Assembly: GCF_964355755.1 (NCBI RefSeq)
Contig: NC_092674.1
Span: 20,212,001 to 20,276,000 of the forward strand
Direction: 5' to 3'
DNA from: Antedon mediterranea
Lineage: Eukaryota > Animalia > Echinodermata
DNA length: 64,000 nt
Positions within the stretch are counted from its first letter, which is position 1; every line of letters starts with the position of its first letter. Under the pieces are notes generated by a model that saw only the letters and a program-made list of their open reading frames with translations, was not told the origin of the DNA and did not search any database. Below are positions 27,420 to 40,205 of this stretch, piece by piece. The translations under genes and the position numbers were made by a program.

Positions 27420-27779
27420 TTTTATTTTTATTTTTTTTATATTTTATTCAATCGAAACCAACAGCGATAATTACCGCCACTAACAGGTTTGATACAAACA
27501 AAGGCAGGACTGTTTAAAGAATCTTGATTGGTCCTAACATTGATCAAGGGCTTCTCTCGTCCAGTGCCCACCTTCACCAGAGTAAAGACAGATACTAGAT
27601 GCAGGGGCTGCCATAAGAGTCAGAAATGCTGATTTCAAATGCCTAACGGGACCCCAACTCGGGCCATATACAGCACCCGATATTCCCAGATGGTCTCCCA
27701 TCCAAGCTCTAACCTGGCCCAACGTCGCTTAACTTTGGTGATCTGACGAGAACCGGTGTTTCAACGTGGTAAAGCCATA
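27420..27779 (-). mobile_element. 5S rRNA-derived SINE (SINE3-type)
   Basis: 5S-like head followed directly (no T-run terminator) by ~230 bp of body, ending in AATAAA and an A-rich tail. Confidence 0.7.
27669..27779 (-). pseudogene. 5S rRNA-like head
   Basis: Minus strand TATGGCTTTACCACGTTGAAACACCGGTTCTCGTCAGATCACCAAAGTTAAGCGACGTTGGGCCAGGTTAGAGCTTGGATGGGAGACCATCTGGGAATATCGGGTGCTGTA is recognisably invertebrate 5S rRNA with scattered substitutions. Confidence 0.9.
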
Positions 27780-29291
27780 TTATATATCTGCATGTAAAGA
27801 ATTGTTATGTCAAATATATTATAAAAATAAATTTAATTTGAACATTCAGAAATTTGATTTAAGCAACATATTATTTGAAAAGCACCGCTGATTTTTATTA
27901 TCAATTTCTGAAATGTGCAGTATATAAATGAAGTTGATTTTTTATTCACCTTCATAAAGGAAAAAAATACAATATATTATATTGTCACTTTTGGTACAAT
28001 ACAACATACAAAAATGGATAAATAGATACAAATATGTTTAAAATACAGAAATATAAATTCACAATTTTACCAAAATTTCACTAAAATAACAACCACAATT
28101 CATAATAAAGTTCTTGGAAAATGTTCCCTTTACTTTCAATTCTTAGAATTTGCATTATTTTCGAGTTCCTTAAATCTTACTTCATTTCTTAATAAAAAAA
28201 AAATTAATTTTATTTTAACCTTGAATGGTGTTGTTCACCTTTTGTTTCCATGCCAATAAAATTACAATTCATTTTCAAGAAACCCCAAAGGGGCACTTAA
28301 AAACTTATTATACAATTATCTTAAATTGAATTTACATCTTTGTTAATAAATTGCTTAAAACAATTGGTAGAAATAGTTAGATTTGGCAAATATACTTATT
28401 AATTTGTTAATCATTATTTAGTACGGAGGGAATGATTATTTTGATTACATGATTGGCTAGTTCTCTAATTAATTAATTTGTCTGTGCATATATATATGAT
28501 GAAGGCATTAAAGGCCCAGATGGAGGGCTGACAGTGACCTTAAGCTAGCCTAGTAATTCTTCAAGTCTTGCGCCTAGGGTGAAGATGAAATCATGTTGTT
28601 GCCGTGGCGCTGTCATGCTGGGAGTCAAGCCCACGAGTCAAGGGAAAACAGATATCATACCATGCAAGTTAAACGCCACCACAACAACGTGCTTTGTCAT
28701 CAATTTTTCACGCCAAATCTACCCCTACCAGCATTCTGGCTTTCATTTGTATTATTTGAGCCAAATTCCATTTCCTCTCTCGCCACAATAATGATGGTTA
28801 AATCATTTTGTATTAATCAGTGGTAATATCCAACTGTGCATTTCTCTTTCAGTATGATATTAACATATTGTATGTTTACCGGTAATTGTGTTTACATGCA
28901 GTTTAGTAATAGAAATTAATACCAGTATTGCGCTTATATTGTATTCTGTCGACGATCCGGACAGTAATCCAAGAGGACGGTAATTAACAGTATGATGGTT
29001 ATTTCGAGACACAAGCAATGGTCAGCCCACTTCTGAAAAAATACAGTCATGATAAGGCGAAAGTTAGCTATTATTGGTAATATAACTTTTGAGTGTGCTA
29101 TTTATTTAGCACTTTCACCAGCTGTTACAGTTCCATTACATAAACTACCAAAAAAGATGAAAAACGTTACTCACTTCTGTAGAAAAAAAACAAAAACCAT
29201 TATTATTTCACTTATAAAAACACAAATAAACGGTTTACCAAAAACCCCATGTCTGACAGACAATTTGACTCTTTTTGAAATTAATTAATAC

Positions 29292-30722
29292 TTTATCGTT
29301 TTGATTTAGCTTTTCGGTTTTTTTTTGTATCTCCATTGAGATCCAGCCACTGATACCCACCGCTTTGTCATTTTTTTAGTAATTTGCCTTTGGATTTATA
29401 TATAGGACATCTGCATATCAAGCAGGCGGTCCGAGTTCGAGTCTCTGTTGGGGCGACTTTTTCTTTAATTCTAAACCGCCCGGTGATATACTGAAATTTA
29501 ATTAATTAATTTGAAATGATAAAGATAACTCGAACCGAGACTCGAACTCGAACCGAGACTCGAACTCGGACCATCTGCTTGATATGCAGTTGCCCTAACC
29601 ATTAGACCACTGGGGCTTTTATGGTATTGTTCAAACTCGATTGAATAGCGACTCTTTTCATTCTCGGCGTGGTACGGCGGAACAGCACTAGTCCTCAGTT
29701 GTACTCACGCGCAACAGAGATCAAATTGATATATATATATAGAGTCGCTATCCAATCGAGTTCGAACAATACCATGAAAGCCCCAGTGGTCTAATGGTTA
29801 GGACATCTGCATATCAAGCAGGCGGTTCGAGTTCGAGTCTCGGTTGGTGCGACTTTTTCTCATTATCCCAGATTTCCTCATCTTTATCGTTTCAAATTAA
29901 TTAATTAAATTTCAGTATATCACCGGGCAGTTTAAATTAATGTTCTTTGCCTGATTTGTTTATATATAAAAGTATCTCTTCGGAGATCCCGCCTCGTGAA
30001 TAAAAATACTGTAAGATAAGGGCGTATCAATTTGATCTCTGGTGCGCGTGCGTACAACTGAGGACTAGTGCTGTTCCGCCGTACCACGCCGAGAATGTTA
30101 AAGAGTCGCTATCCAATCGAGTTCGAACAATACCATGAAAGTGGTCTAATGGTTAGGACATTTGCATATCAAGCAGGCGGTCCGAGTTCGAGTTTCGGTT
30201 GGGGGAACTTTTTCTCATTCTCCCAGATTTCCTCATCTTTATCGTTTCAAATTAATTAATTAAATTTCAGTATATCACCGGGCGGTTTAGAATTAATGTT
30301 CTTTGCCTGATTTGTTTATATATATATATATATATATGGAATACACTAGCACTAATGAAGAGTGATAAATGTTGTCCAAAAGCTCTGCACATTTTTTGGC
30401 TGTTTTACTTTATTGTTTGATTTTAACTTTTTGATCATTTTATTTGTATTTCCAGCAGATCCAGCGACTGATACCTACAGCATTGTCATTTTTTCAGTAA
30501 TTTGCCTTTTGATATATATTATATATATATAAAAATATCAGGCAGAGAACATTCTAAACTGTCCGGTAATATACTAACATTTAATTAATTATTTGAAACG
30601 ATAGAGATGAGGAAATCTGTAAGAATGAGATTCAATTGGTATTTTTCAAATGTGACTGGATAGCAACCCTCGACGTGGTATGGCGAGTCCATCAATTGTA
30701 AGCACCAGAAAATTGATATATA
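29292..30722. mobile_element. Cluster of (TA)n-flanked units: tRNA-carrying unit T (29403-29465 +, 29466-29730 -, 29741-29965 +, 30025-30320 +, 30530-30720 - degenerate) and unit P (29292-29395, 30337-30512)
   Basis: Shared leader (TATCAATTTGATCTCTG..GAGTCGCTATCCAATCGAG), tRNA-like core and trailer (..CAGTATATCACCGGGCGGTTTAGAATT..). P copies share GATCCAGC.ACTGATACC.AC.GC.TTGTCATTTTTT.AGTAATTTGCCTTT. Most junctions are (TA)n runs. Confidence 0.7.
29780..29851 (+). tRNA. tRNA-like gene, anticodon ATC (Asp-like) on a tRNA-Glu/Asp-type scaffold; probably repeat-borne
   Basis: Acceptor GCCCCAG/TTGGTGC (TTGGGGC in a sister copy), D arm GTC..GAC, anticodon arm TCTGC-ATATCAA-GCAGG, T arm TCGAG-TTCGAGT-CTCGG, discriminator G, TTTTT terminator at 29854-29858. 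Confidence 0.6.
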
Positions 30723-32130
30723 TTACATTTTTCATCCTTGTCGTAAGAGTAGTTGATCAGTCCACATCAATTTTTTACTTTGTTGACTAGTCGATAAGTG
30801 ATATTTTAAATATTCTAAACAGGATAGATGTATGTTCTTTTGCTGGTTTCTTCCCAAATATTTTTTAGACATTCTTTGTATACGTTAATACTATGTCAAT
30901 AGGCCTAGATACTGTATTTTCACATGAGTAGGTGTGTACACTGGTTTGTGATGTGTCTATAAATAACAGGTATGTTAGAGTTAATTCAATAGAATACTGA
31001 AGAACTTGTTTGAACATGACTATATTGAATCGCTTTGTCCAACAATTGAAAAGAATAAACAAGCAGTAATATGACAACAAAATGAGTATATAGATCAAAC
31101 AAAAAGCTTTTCTAATGGCTATTTACCTGATTATAAATAATCTTCAACTCTTTGATCAACAAAGCAGTTGACGATAACAATATCTCATGTCTCCAATAAA
31201 AACCCACCACTCAAGGGACTTGTAAATGATTCTGATGTAATTTCATTATAGACCTTGTTGAGGTTAATATTATAAGCATCTTCAAATAAGGATAATTTTT
31301 AAGAATCTCCATAAAAGCGAAAACAAATTTGTTTAGATTTCTGTGTGAATATGCAAGCTCCATAGACAATATTTAGACATCATCTCCCTTCCCCTTGGAA
31401 GTCTGGTAATGTCAAAAAATCTTTATGTGTAGGCCTAATGTGTGTTTTTCATTGTTTGGGTTGCCTATGTATTTATTACTTATTAGTATTATTTCAAAAA
31501 ACAACAATTTTGTCTAAAATTTTTAAATTAACGGTCTGTGTAGACGTGGGTATTGCCTCACATCACATCTTTCAATCTTTATCTATACAAAATTACAAAT
31601 AGTTACACAATTCAGTTTTATCTCAGATGAGCAGTATAATCCATTCCGGACAATAAGAAGAATACTAGCAGGGGTCAACGATAACAATACCTTGGTCAAT
31701 AATTGTATACGATATCTTGTAAAATAAATACCGTGATATCTATTAGCAAGTGTAAGCAGACTGCAGCATGTCACCATCATTCTCCTTGTGGTGTTTCACA
31801 AACTTTACGCCGTAACGTTATGGTACGATCATTTTATTATCAAGTATTGGCCAATAACACAATTTCATAATGCAAAAGTAGGGGCCTGCGCATTTATGGA
31901 CAATTTAGGACTTAGCCTATAAGGCAGATGTCTCTTGTCAATTCTCCACTTGGTACCCACTTTATGGAGCCTATAAGACCCATAGAAATAAGTGAAATTT
32001 GTGAAAACTATCGTTTCATTTTGCCTGAACTGTTAAACAAAACCCAATTCAACAGTTATTTTTTTTTTTTTTAAATAGGTAACTTTCGTCACTAGAATTT
32101 TAAATTCTCAATATTTATAATTGAAAATGG

Positions 32131-32250
32131 TAATCTTGTATTCTCGCCATTTGATTGGTTAATTACGCATCACGTGTCATTTATTAGTGCAAAATAATGA
32201 ATGAAGTGGTGTGTAATTAACCAATCAAATTGGATGATAATTCAAGATGG
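32131..32250. mobile_element. Collapsed palindromic MITE-like element
   Basis: ATTTGATTGGTTAATTACGCATCAC (32149-32173) vs GTGGTGTGTAATTAACCAATCAAAT (32206-32230): 23/25 inverted match, extendable outward. A related arm lies at ~39897-39918. Confidence 0.6.
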
Positions 32251-34139
32251 ATTAATTGAATAAAAGTATGTCATAAAACAAATATTAAATGTTCTATGTT
32301 CGTTGAATAAAAAAAAAGCATCCTACATCAATTGGATGTAACCACAAGGATTAAAATAATCTGTAAAAAGATATTGACATTGAGATACAATAACAGTGAT
32401 TTACAAATGTGTAATAACCAATATGATCTGTAATCAAATAAATAATTAAAGAGGAATATTTTAGATTATTATTCTATTCAAATATTAGTTTACTGTTGGT
32501 TTTGTTGAATTCAATTATAACTATTGTTCTGGAATGAATCAAATCAAAGAGAAATTCTAATTTAAAATTCTGTGTATTAAAGTGAAATCACTTTATACTG
32601 GTATTTATATATTGATGGTGATATTTATGCAATCAATTGATACAAATTTAGTCATGAATATTAGTTTGTATTCATAATGAAGGTCATTCGCTGACGGTAT
32701 AAATCTGGGGCGCACCTGAGTGAAAAAACTAAGCATAATGCAGGCTTTGTGGCTATCAAACATTTTTAATACAATTATTCTCGAGAAATTAATATTCATG
32801 TTGGCCGCAGTTTATTTGCTAAATTTTGTTTATTAATAAGACCAGAGGTTTCTTGAAACAGTGAAACCCATATCAACAAAAGTACACAAGTATTTTTATG
32901 CTTTGAGCATAAAGGACTATTATATTATACTTTTTAAGTACAAAATAGGCCTACTGATGAGTAAAACCTTTGTTAAGAAGTTCTAAACAGCGCTAAACAT
33001 TTAATAATTGATTTAAACATTTTACTGATTTTAGTTTAAAAGTTTAAACAGAAAGAAATTGCCCCAGCTACATCCAGTAACAATTTTTAAAGATAGATAT
33101 AATATATTCATCAATTGGATATGAGTATTTTTTGTCATCACAGGACTTGCTTAAATCAATCTTTATTAATGAAACTTAAACTTAATCAAACCAAAAGAAA
33201 TTAATTAAAATAATAGTAAACAAAAACTTGAGGAATATTTTGTTTACATTTTCAGGGTATAATATCACCTGATTCTTCTATCTAACTCTTTTTTACATTA
33301 CAGATAACTTGATTTATCAATCCTACATTGTGTGGGTGCTTGAAATGTCAATTGCCATTTATTTGGTGCAATCTACATTATTTATCATCTAATTGTGCTG
33401 CTCATTGTTCGTAATTTGGTCAGGTAATAGAACATAGGTACGATATCTGTTGACATTATATGATAAGATACATGGATGGAAGCGGAGCAACAAAAGGCTA
33501 TTTGACATTACATATTGTTCCAGACTGCGTTATCTTCACATTTTGATACTGGTGTTAGGTCCTGAAAGAAAAGCTTTTTAAAGGGTCAAGGGGTTGTTGA
33601 TTGTAGGTTCAATGTTGCTGATAACGGGTAATACAGATTGCGTTTTTCTAATACATAATTGACCCTATATACATATGGATTAGTAGGGCAATATGTCTAT
33701 AAGGGCAGCATTTCATTTCCTCCAGAGATTGTGATACAAACATTTTTATAATTGATTGAATTTTATTTATTTTTAAATGTAAAAATACAAATTAATAGTC
33801 TATATCGTGCCTGCTTTACCTGGATAAACCGGCAATAGCCCTCTTACTCTGCAGAGAGGATACAATTATGAAAAGAAGAAAATCTGTTGACCACCCTATT
33901 GTTTAATGGTATTGTCATCGCCGTCCTCCAAATAGCATAATCATTTCTAATTTTTTAGTATGAATCTTATTTATTTGTCTACAATATATATTAGTGTGTA
34001 TATTTTGGCGCACAAATAACTAGTTTAAATGTAGTTGAATTGTTTTATAAAAGGCATGTTTCCCCCTTTTTAACAGCAAACAGAAACGACAAAGTGTACT
34101 AAAACTACTACAAGTCTCATTTTAGGAAGTGGAGTAAAT

Positions 34140-34203
34140 CATGTGATTGAACCCCGGACCTTGGGATTGGAATGCAAGCATGTTAATCAGCACGTCCACT
34201 GCA
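34140..34203 (-). mobile_element. Degenerate tRNA-derived SINE head
   Basis: Minus strand ..CAGTGGACGTGCTGATTAACATGCTTGCATTCCAATCCCAAGGTCCGGGGTTCAATC has A/B-box-like spacing. Confidence 0.35.
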
Positions 34204-36079
34204 TTTCATTTATTCTAGAACTGTTATGTTTATTTGAGTGTTACATGTTACCGGTTATTTCAAATTTGTCTTGTTTCTGCCTCTAGTAAACAGAGCAATG
34301 ATAGAAATTACTTCCCGTATAAATTGTAATACATGTTTGAAGTTTTCTTTATCCACATCTGATGTACTGTGTTATCCTTTGGTGCTAAAAAGTGTAAAGG
34401 CAAGTGTTAATTGTGTTTTTTTTTATTATCTATGAACAAAGAAAAATGGATAACATTATTTTGTTCAAATAGATATTTCACATGATAAATATTCCTTTTG
34501 GGTTTTGTGATATTTTTCTCACGGTTTAGACAATTTTTAGACAAAGTAAAGAGATTTACAAAAGAGTATATACAATAAGAAGTTAGGTTACATAAAAGCA
34601 ATAATATTGATAGGCATTGTTGCTTAATATCAATATGCCTAATAGTCATAAACTATAATTTAGACATTTACAACCAGATTAAAAAAAAAACAAAATGTAT
34701 GTGAATTTATATATATTATATTATACAAAAATCAGCAAAGGCTAAATGAATTGCATTCATAGACAAAATTATGTACAACATAGAAAAAGTAACAATGATG
34801 TGCCATGGAAAACCAACCTGTAATCTATACATCAATAATATAATATTCAGACTGTTCAATAAAAACTATTGCTAAAAATTTTGACTTGATGTAAATGAAT
34901 AAAGCTTAAAATAATAGTAAAAGCATCAATACAACTAGATGAATGCTTTGCATTTAAGCATTATTAATTTTAATTTTTCTGGACAACTATTATTACATTC
35001 ACACTGAAAATAAACAACAAATTAAGTTTAGCGCAATCACATTCATCTAATGTAATTCAATGTCAAATGTCAGACAGATATTTAAGCAGTTTTCTTCTCA
35101 TCACTGTTGGAAATCAGGTTAGGTAGAGTTCAGGTGTTCTAACCTTATTTGCCTTCCAGACATATTTTCCATCACGATAAAATAATTTACATCATATTGT
35201 TAACTGCTTAGATTAAGCTTTTTCATTTTCAGAAGTAATTTTATCCGAGTTTTAACAGTAGCCCAATAACCTAGATATTAATGGGTAAATTCTTGTATAA
35301 AATAGTACATGGTCACATGATCTGATCACATGACTAACAATGCATTTATTACTAAATCATTCGCATATAGATTTCCGGCCGTCAATGGGATGGAACGTCC
35401 AGCTGAGTTAGATGGCCATCTGGTTATATACAGAATTGGGTTAAATAAATAACCTAGATTCTCAAACACTTGGATAGCTTTTCAACAGTAAGACAAAAAC
35501 GTGAAAGATAAAAGGAAGAAAAAACAAGGGTGCATCAAAGTAGATAATTTATAAAGGTGGAAGTTCAATAGAAGAATGTGTCCAGAGCAGAGGGGGGTAA
35601 CTGGCAGGGTTAATTCATCAATAGCTTGTGAATAGCGCAGAAACTAGGGCAGGGAGCGAACAGCATGGAAAATCTTTGCAATACGAAGTAAACAGCTGTG
35701 ATCTGTGATCTCATTCGTCGAGTGTTTCTTCATTTCTAATTGACTGGCTGTTTCAAAAAACTTTAGATCATTCAGCACATAGCGTGTGTTTAGATATCTT
35801 TGTAACTAAATGAAGCTAAACAAAATAAAACTATTGGTACAAACATGAACAAATTTTCAAAAAGATTATTGGATAGGTGGCCTACTTAAAAAGTGACATG
35901 CAACATAGGTGAGGTGGCTAGTGTAATTACTCACAATACAGCTACATTTATCTATTGAATCAGATGTGTATTCATATTTAAATCAAGTAACAAAAATAAA
36001 TGCTTTGATTTTATCTGAAAGCTCGAACTTTAATTTACTTAATTAATTAATAAAGCTCATCATTGATCCTTCATCTCAT

Positions 36080-38760
36080 GGACAACTATCCACTAGGACA
36101 ATTACATTGCAATTATCCCAGGTATAACTATCTGCTTGGACATTACCCAAGGAAAACTATCCTCTAGGACATAAATTAAGGATAAATGTCCCCTAGGACA
36201 TTATCCCATGATAACTATCACCTGGACTTTACCCAGGATAACTATCTCATATAGGATAATATCCAAGGATTGCAATGCCCTTAGGGAATTACCCAAGGAT
36301 ACCTGTCCCCTAGAACATTATCCCCTGTCCCAGGATAACTATCGCTAGGACCATGCAATTACCCCAGGTATACCTATCCCCTTAGGACATTACCTAAGGT
36401 TAACTATCCCTTAAGACATTACCCAAGTTAACTATCCCCTAGGACATCAATCTGGGATAACTATACTTTAGGACATTACCCAGGATAACCATCCCTTAAG
36501 GAAATTAACATAAGATAACTTTCTCCTAGGACATTACCACAGGATAACTATCTCCTTATGACTTTACTCAGGATAACTATCTCCTTAGGACATTATCCCA
36601 GGATTACTACCCACTTAGGAAAATACACAAGGATAACTATCCCCTAGAACATTACCCCAGGATTACCAGGCATATCGCCTTAGGACATTACCCAGGGATA
36701 ACTATCCCCTACGACATTACTCCAGGATTACCAGGCATATCCCTTTGGGACATTTAATTACCCAAGGATAACTATCCCCTACAACACTATCCCTTATCCC
36801 AGGATAACTATTGCTAGGTTATTTACCTTGCAATTACCCCAGGTATACCTATCCCCTTACCCAAGGTTAACTATCCCCTAGGACATTACCCAAGGTTAAC
36901 TATCCCCTAGGACATTACCCAAGGTTAACTATCCCCTAGGACATTACGGAAGGATAACTATCCCCTAGGACATTACGGAAGGATAACTATCCTCTAGGAC
37001 ATTACCCAAGGTTAACTATCCCCTAGGACATTACCCAAGGTTAACTATCCCCTAGGACATTACGGAAGGATAACTATTCCCTACGACTTAACCCAAGGTT
37101 AACTATCCCCTAGGACATTACCCAAGGTTAACTATCCTCTAGGACATTACCCAAGGTTAACTATCCCCTAGGACATTACCCAAGGTTAACTATCCCCTAG
37201 GACATTACGGAAGGATAACTATTCCCTACGACTTAACCCAAGGTTAACTATCCCCTACGACATTACCCAAGGTTAACTATCCCCTAGGACATTACCCAAG
37301 GTTAACTATCCCCTAGGACATTACGGAAGGATAACTATTCCCTACGACTTAACCCAAGGTTAACTATCCCCTAGGACATTACCCAAGGTTAACTATCCCC
37401 TAGGACATTACGGAAGGATAACTATTCCCTACGACTTAACCCAAGGTTAACTATCCCCTAGGACATTACCCAAGGTTAACTATCCCCTAGGACATTACAC
37501 AAGGTTAACTATCCCCTAGGACATTACGCAAGGTTAACTATCCCCTAGGAAATTACCCCAGGTATAACTATCCTCTTAGGACATTACACAAGGTTAACTA
37601 TCCCCTAGGACATTACACAAGGTTAACTATCCCCTAGGACATTACACAAGGTTAACTATCCCCTAGGACATTACGCAAGGTTAACTATCCCCTAGGACAT
37701 TACCCCAGGTATAACTATCCTCTTAAGACATTACACAAGGTTAACTATCCCCTAGGACATTACACAAGGTTAACTATCCCCTAGGACATTACGCAAGGTT
37801 AACTATCCCCTAGGACATTACGCAAGGTTAACTATCCCCTAGGAAATTACCCCAGGTATAACTATCCTCTTAGGACATTACACAAGGTTAACTATCCCCT
37901 AGGACATTACGCAAGGTTAACTATCCCCTAGGACATTACGCAAGGTTAACTATCCCCTAGGACATTAATTACCCCAGGTATAACTATCCTCTTAGGACAT
38001 TACACAAGGTTAACTATCCCCTAGGACATTACGCAAGGTTAACTATCCCCTAGGACATTACCCCAGGTATAACTATCCCCTAGGACATTCCGCAAGATAT
38101 AACTATCCCCTTAGGATATTACGCGGGCCCAGGTATAACTATCCACTTAGGACATTAAGCAAGGTTAACTATCCACTTATGACATTACGCAAGGTTAACT
38201 ATCCCCTAGGACATTACGCAAGGTATAACTATCCCCTTAGGATATTACACAAGGTTGACTATCCTCTAGGACATTACGCATGGTTAACTATTCCGTAGGA
38301 CATTACGCAAGGTTAACTATCCCCTAGGACATTACGCAAGGTTAACTATCTCCTAGGACATTATGCAAGGTTAACTATCTCATAGGACATTATCCCAGGT
38401 ATAACTACCCCTTAGGACATTACCCCAGGTATAACTATCCCCTAGGACATTACGGAAGGATAACTATCCCCTAGGACATTACCCAAGGCTAACTATCCTC
38501 CTATCCCACCATTCCAGGATAATTATACCATGGCATTTTCCCCAGGATAAACTATCTCTTAGGACTTTTACTCCAGGATAACTATCCTTTAGGACATTTT
38601 CCCCAGGATAACCATTCCTTAGGACAATTACCACTGGATAACTATCTTCTAGGACATTTACCCAAAGATTACTATCCCTTGGGACAATTACCCAAGTATT
38701 ACTATCCCAAAGACAATTAACCAGGATAACTGTACCTGGACAACTGCTTCAGAACAATTA
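36080..38760. repeat. Minisatellite, 29-bp unit GGTTAACTATCCCCTAGGACATTAC[C/G/A]CAA, ~90 copies
   Basis: Homogeneous core at ~36865-38090 with degenerate flanks. Confidence 0.97.
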
Positions 38761-40205
38761 CTCCCACCAACAAAAACTGCCAAACTAACTGTTCAAGGAT
38801 AGTTGTTCTGTATCGTAGCCAGCATGAGGAAGACGAGTTTCAACACCCACCCCAATTCCCCAGCACAGATCGTCATATTTTATATTAATAATTATATTTA
38901 CTTTGCTTCGTCTGTTTTTTTAACCTCTTGCTACAGCCTTGTTGTTATTGTCTGGTTTTGTTCTTGGGAGTTAAGAGTTAACTGTTCATAGGAAACTGTA
39001 CAGCTGGTTGTCTTGACAGTAAATCTACATGACATAGGCCTACTATGTAAATGTTTGAAAACCTGGATAGAAAATATTGGGATAGGAGATAGTTAAGAAC
39101 GAACATTAGAAAAAAAAAATATCTTTCCACAATAAAACGTTTAAATGAAATGATAAGGTAAACTGATAATATAATACTATCAAATCAATATTTTCCTGTA
39201 CCATGTATTTGTGATATCATTTATTAAACTTACTATGTAAACCTCTTTCTTATTAATATCATAACTCTAACATAAATAAGATAAGTAATAGGAGATAAAA
39301 CATTTTTACAGTACTCTTTTATAGCCAATTGTCCAACTACTATATGATTGAAATATGTAAGATAAAATCAATTTAACTTGAGTTGCATGGATTAAACCAT
39401 ATTAGATATAAAATAAATAAAACAATAAATTAAAGTAACATCTACTGTATCTAACTTATTATTTAAGTTGGCCTAAAAAACTATAAATCTGTACTTTTGT
39501 AATTCCAGTATTTTGTTAATGCTAAACTTTCTATTATAGTGCATCTTATCTTTTTCTCATAGGGACAATTGTTAACAATATTTGATCATTTATGCCTAAT
39601 TAATATAAATGTACTTGTCAATATTTTTATCTTTAGTAATACAACAATCATTTCACAAATTAGAAATGCTTATCTTGCTATTATGGTCATAGTAATCTTG
39701 CAACACTGGCTTATTTATCTATGGCAATGGCTATAATATTATCTCAAAATACTGGTTATTTTTATCTTTGTCAATTCCGGCCGTTAGTTCAGTCTGACCA
39801 CTTCAAACTTACACTGAACAAAGGTTGTTTAATAAAATCATCACGAGGTATCAAAACAGATTTGTTTTGCATATATCTTAACACACCTGAGTGTATCCTT
39901 GGCATTTGATTGGTTAATTTTGTACAAAGAGAGTGCAATGTCGTTATTTGCTAGTACTACAATTTCGTTCGTACGTTTATTTTTGCTACATAGTGAGCAA
40001 CCATATGAGATGACACTAGACTGTTGTTGATTGATCATGTTCAATGAACCTGTATTGTGCGCCGTCTATAATTGTTCCGTGTCCAAAATTGACCACTAAC
40101 TGCCTTTTTAAATTGTTTAAATCTCGTTAAAAGTAGTGTTTTATAAAACAAATGTTTCATATTCGTGCAATGGAACAAATAATTTCATTCAGTGAAAGAT
40201 GATAA

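Noticed and set aside
27534-27779. ORF 27534-27722, or a functional 5S rRNA gene
   Set aside because: The ORF is a chance reading of 5S sequence. The 5S copy is diverged, solitary and lacks a terminator.
30055-30110. CTGAGGA in the tRNA-unit leader as a hammerhead core
   Set aside because: No stem II or stem III can be built, and GAAA is not conserved between copies.
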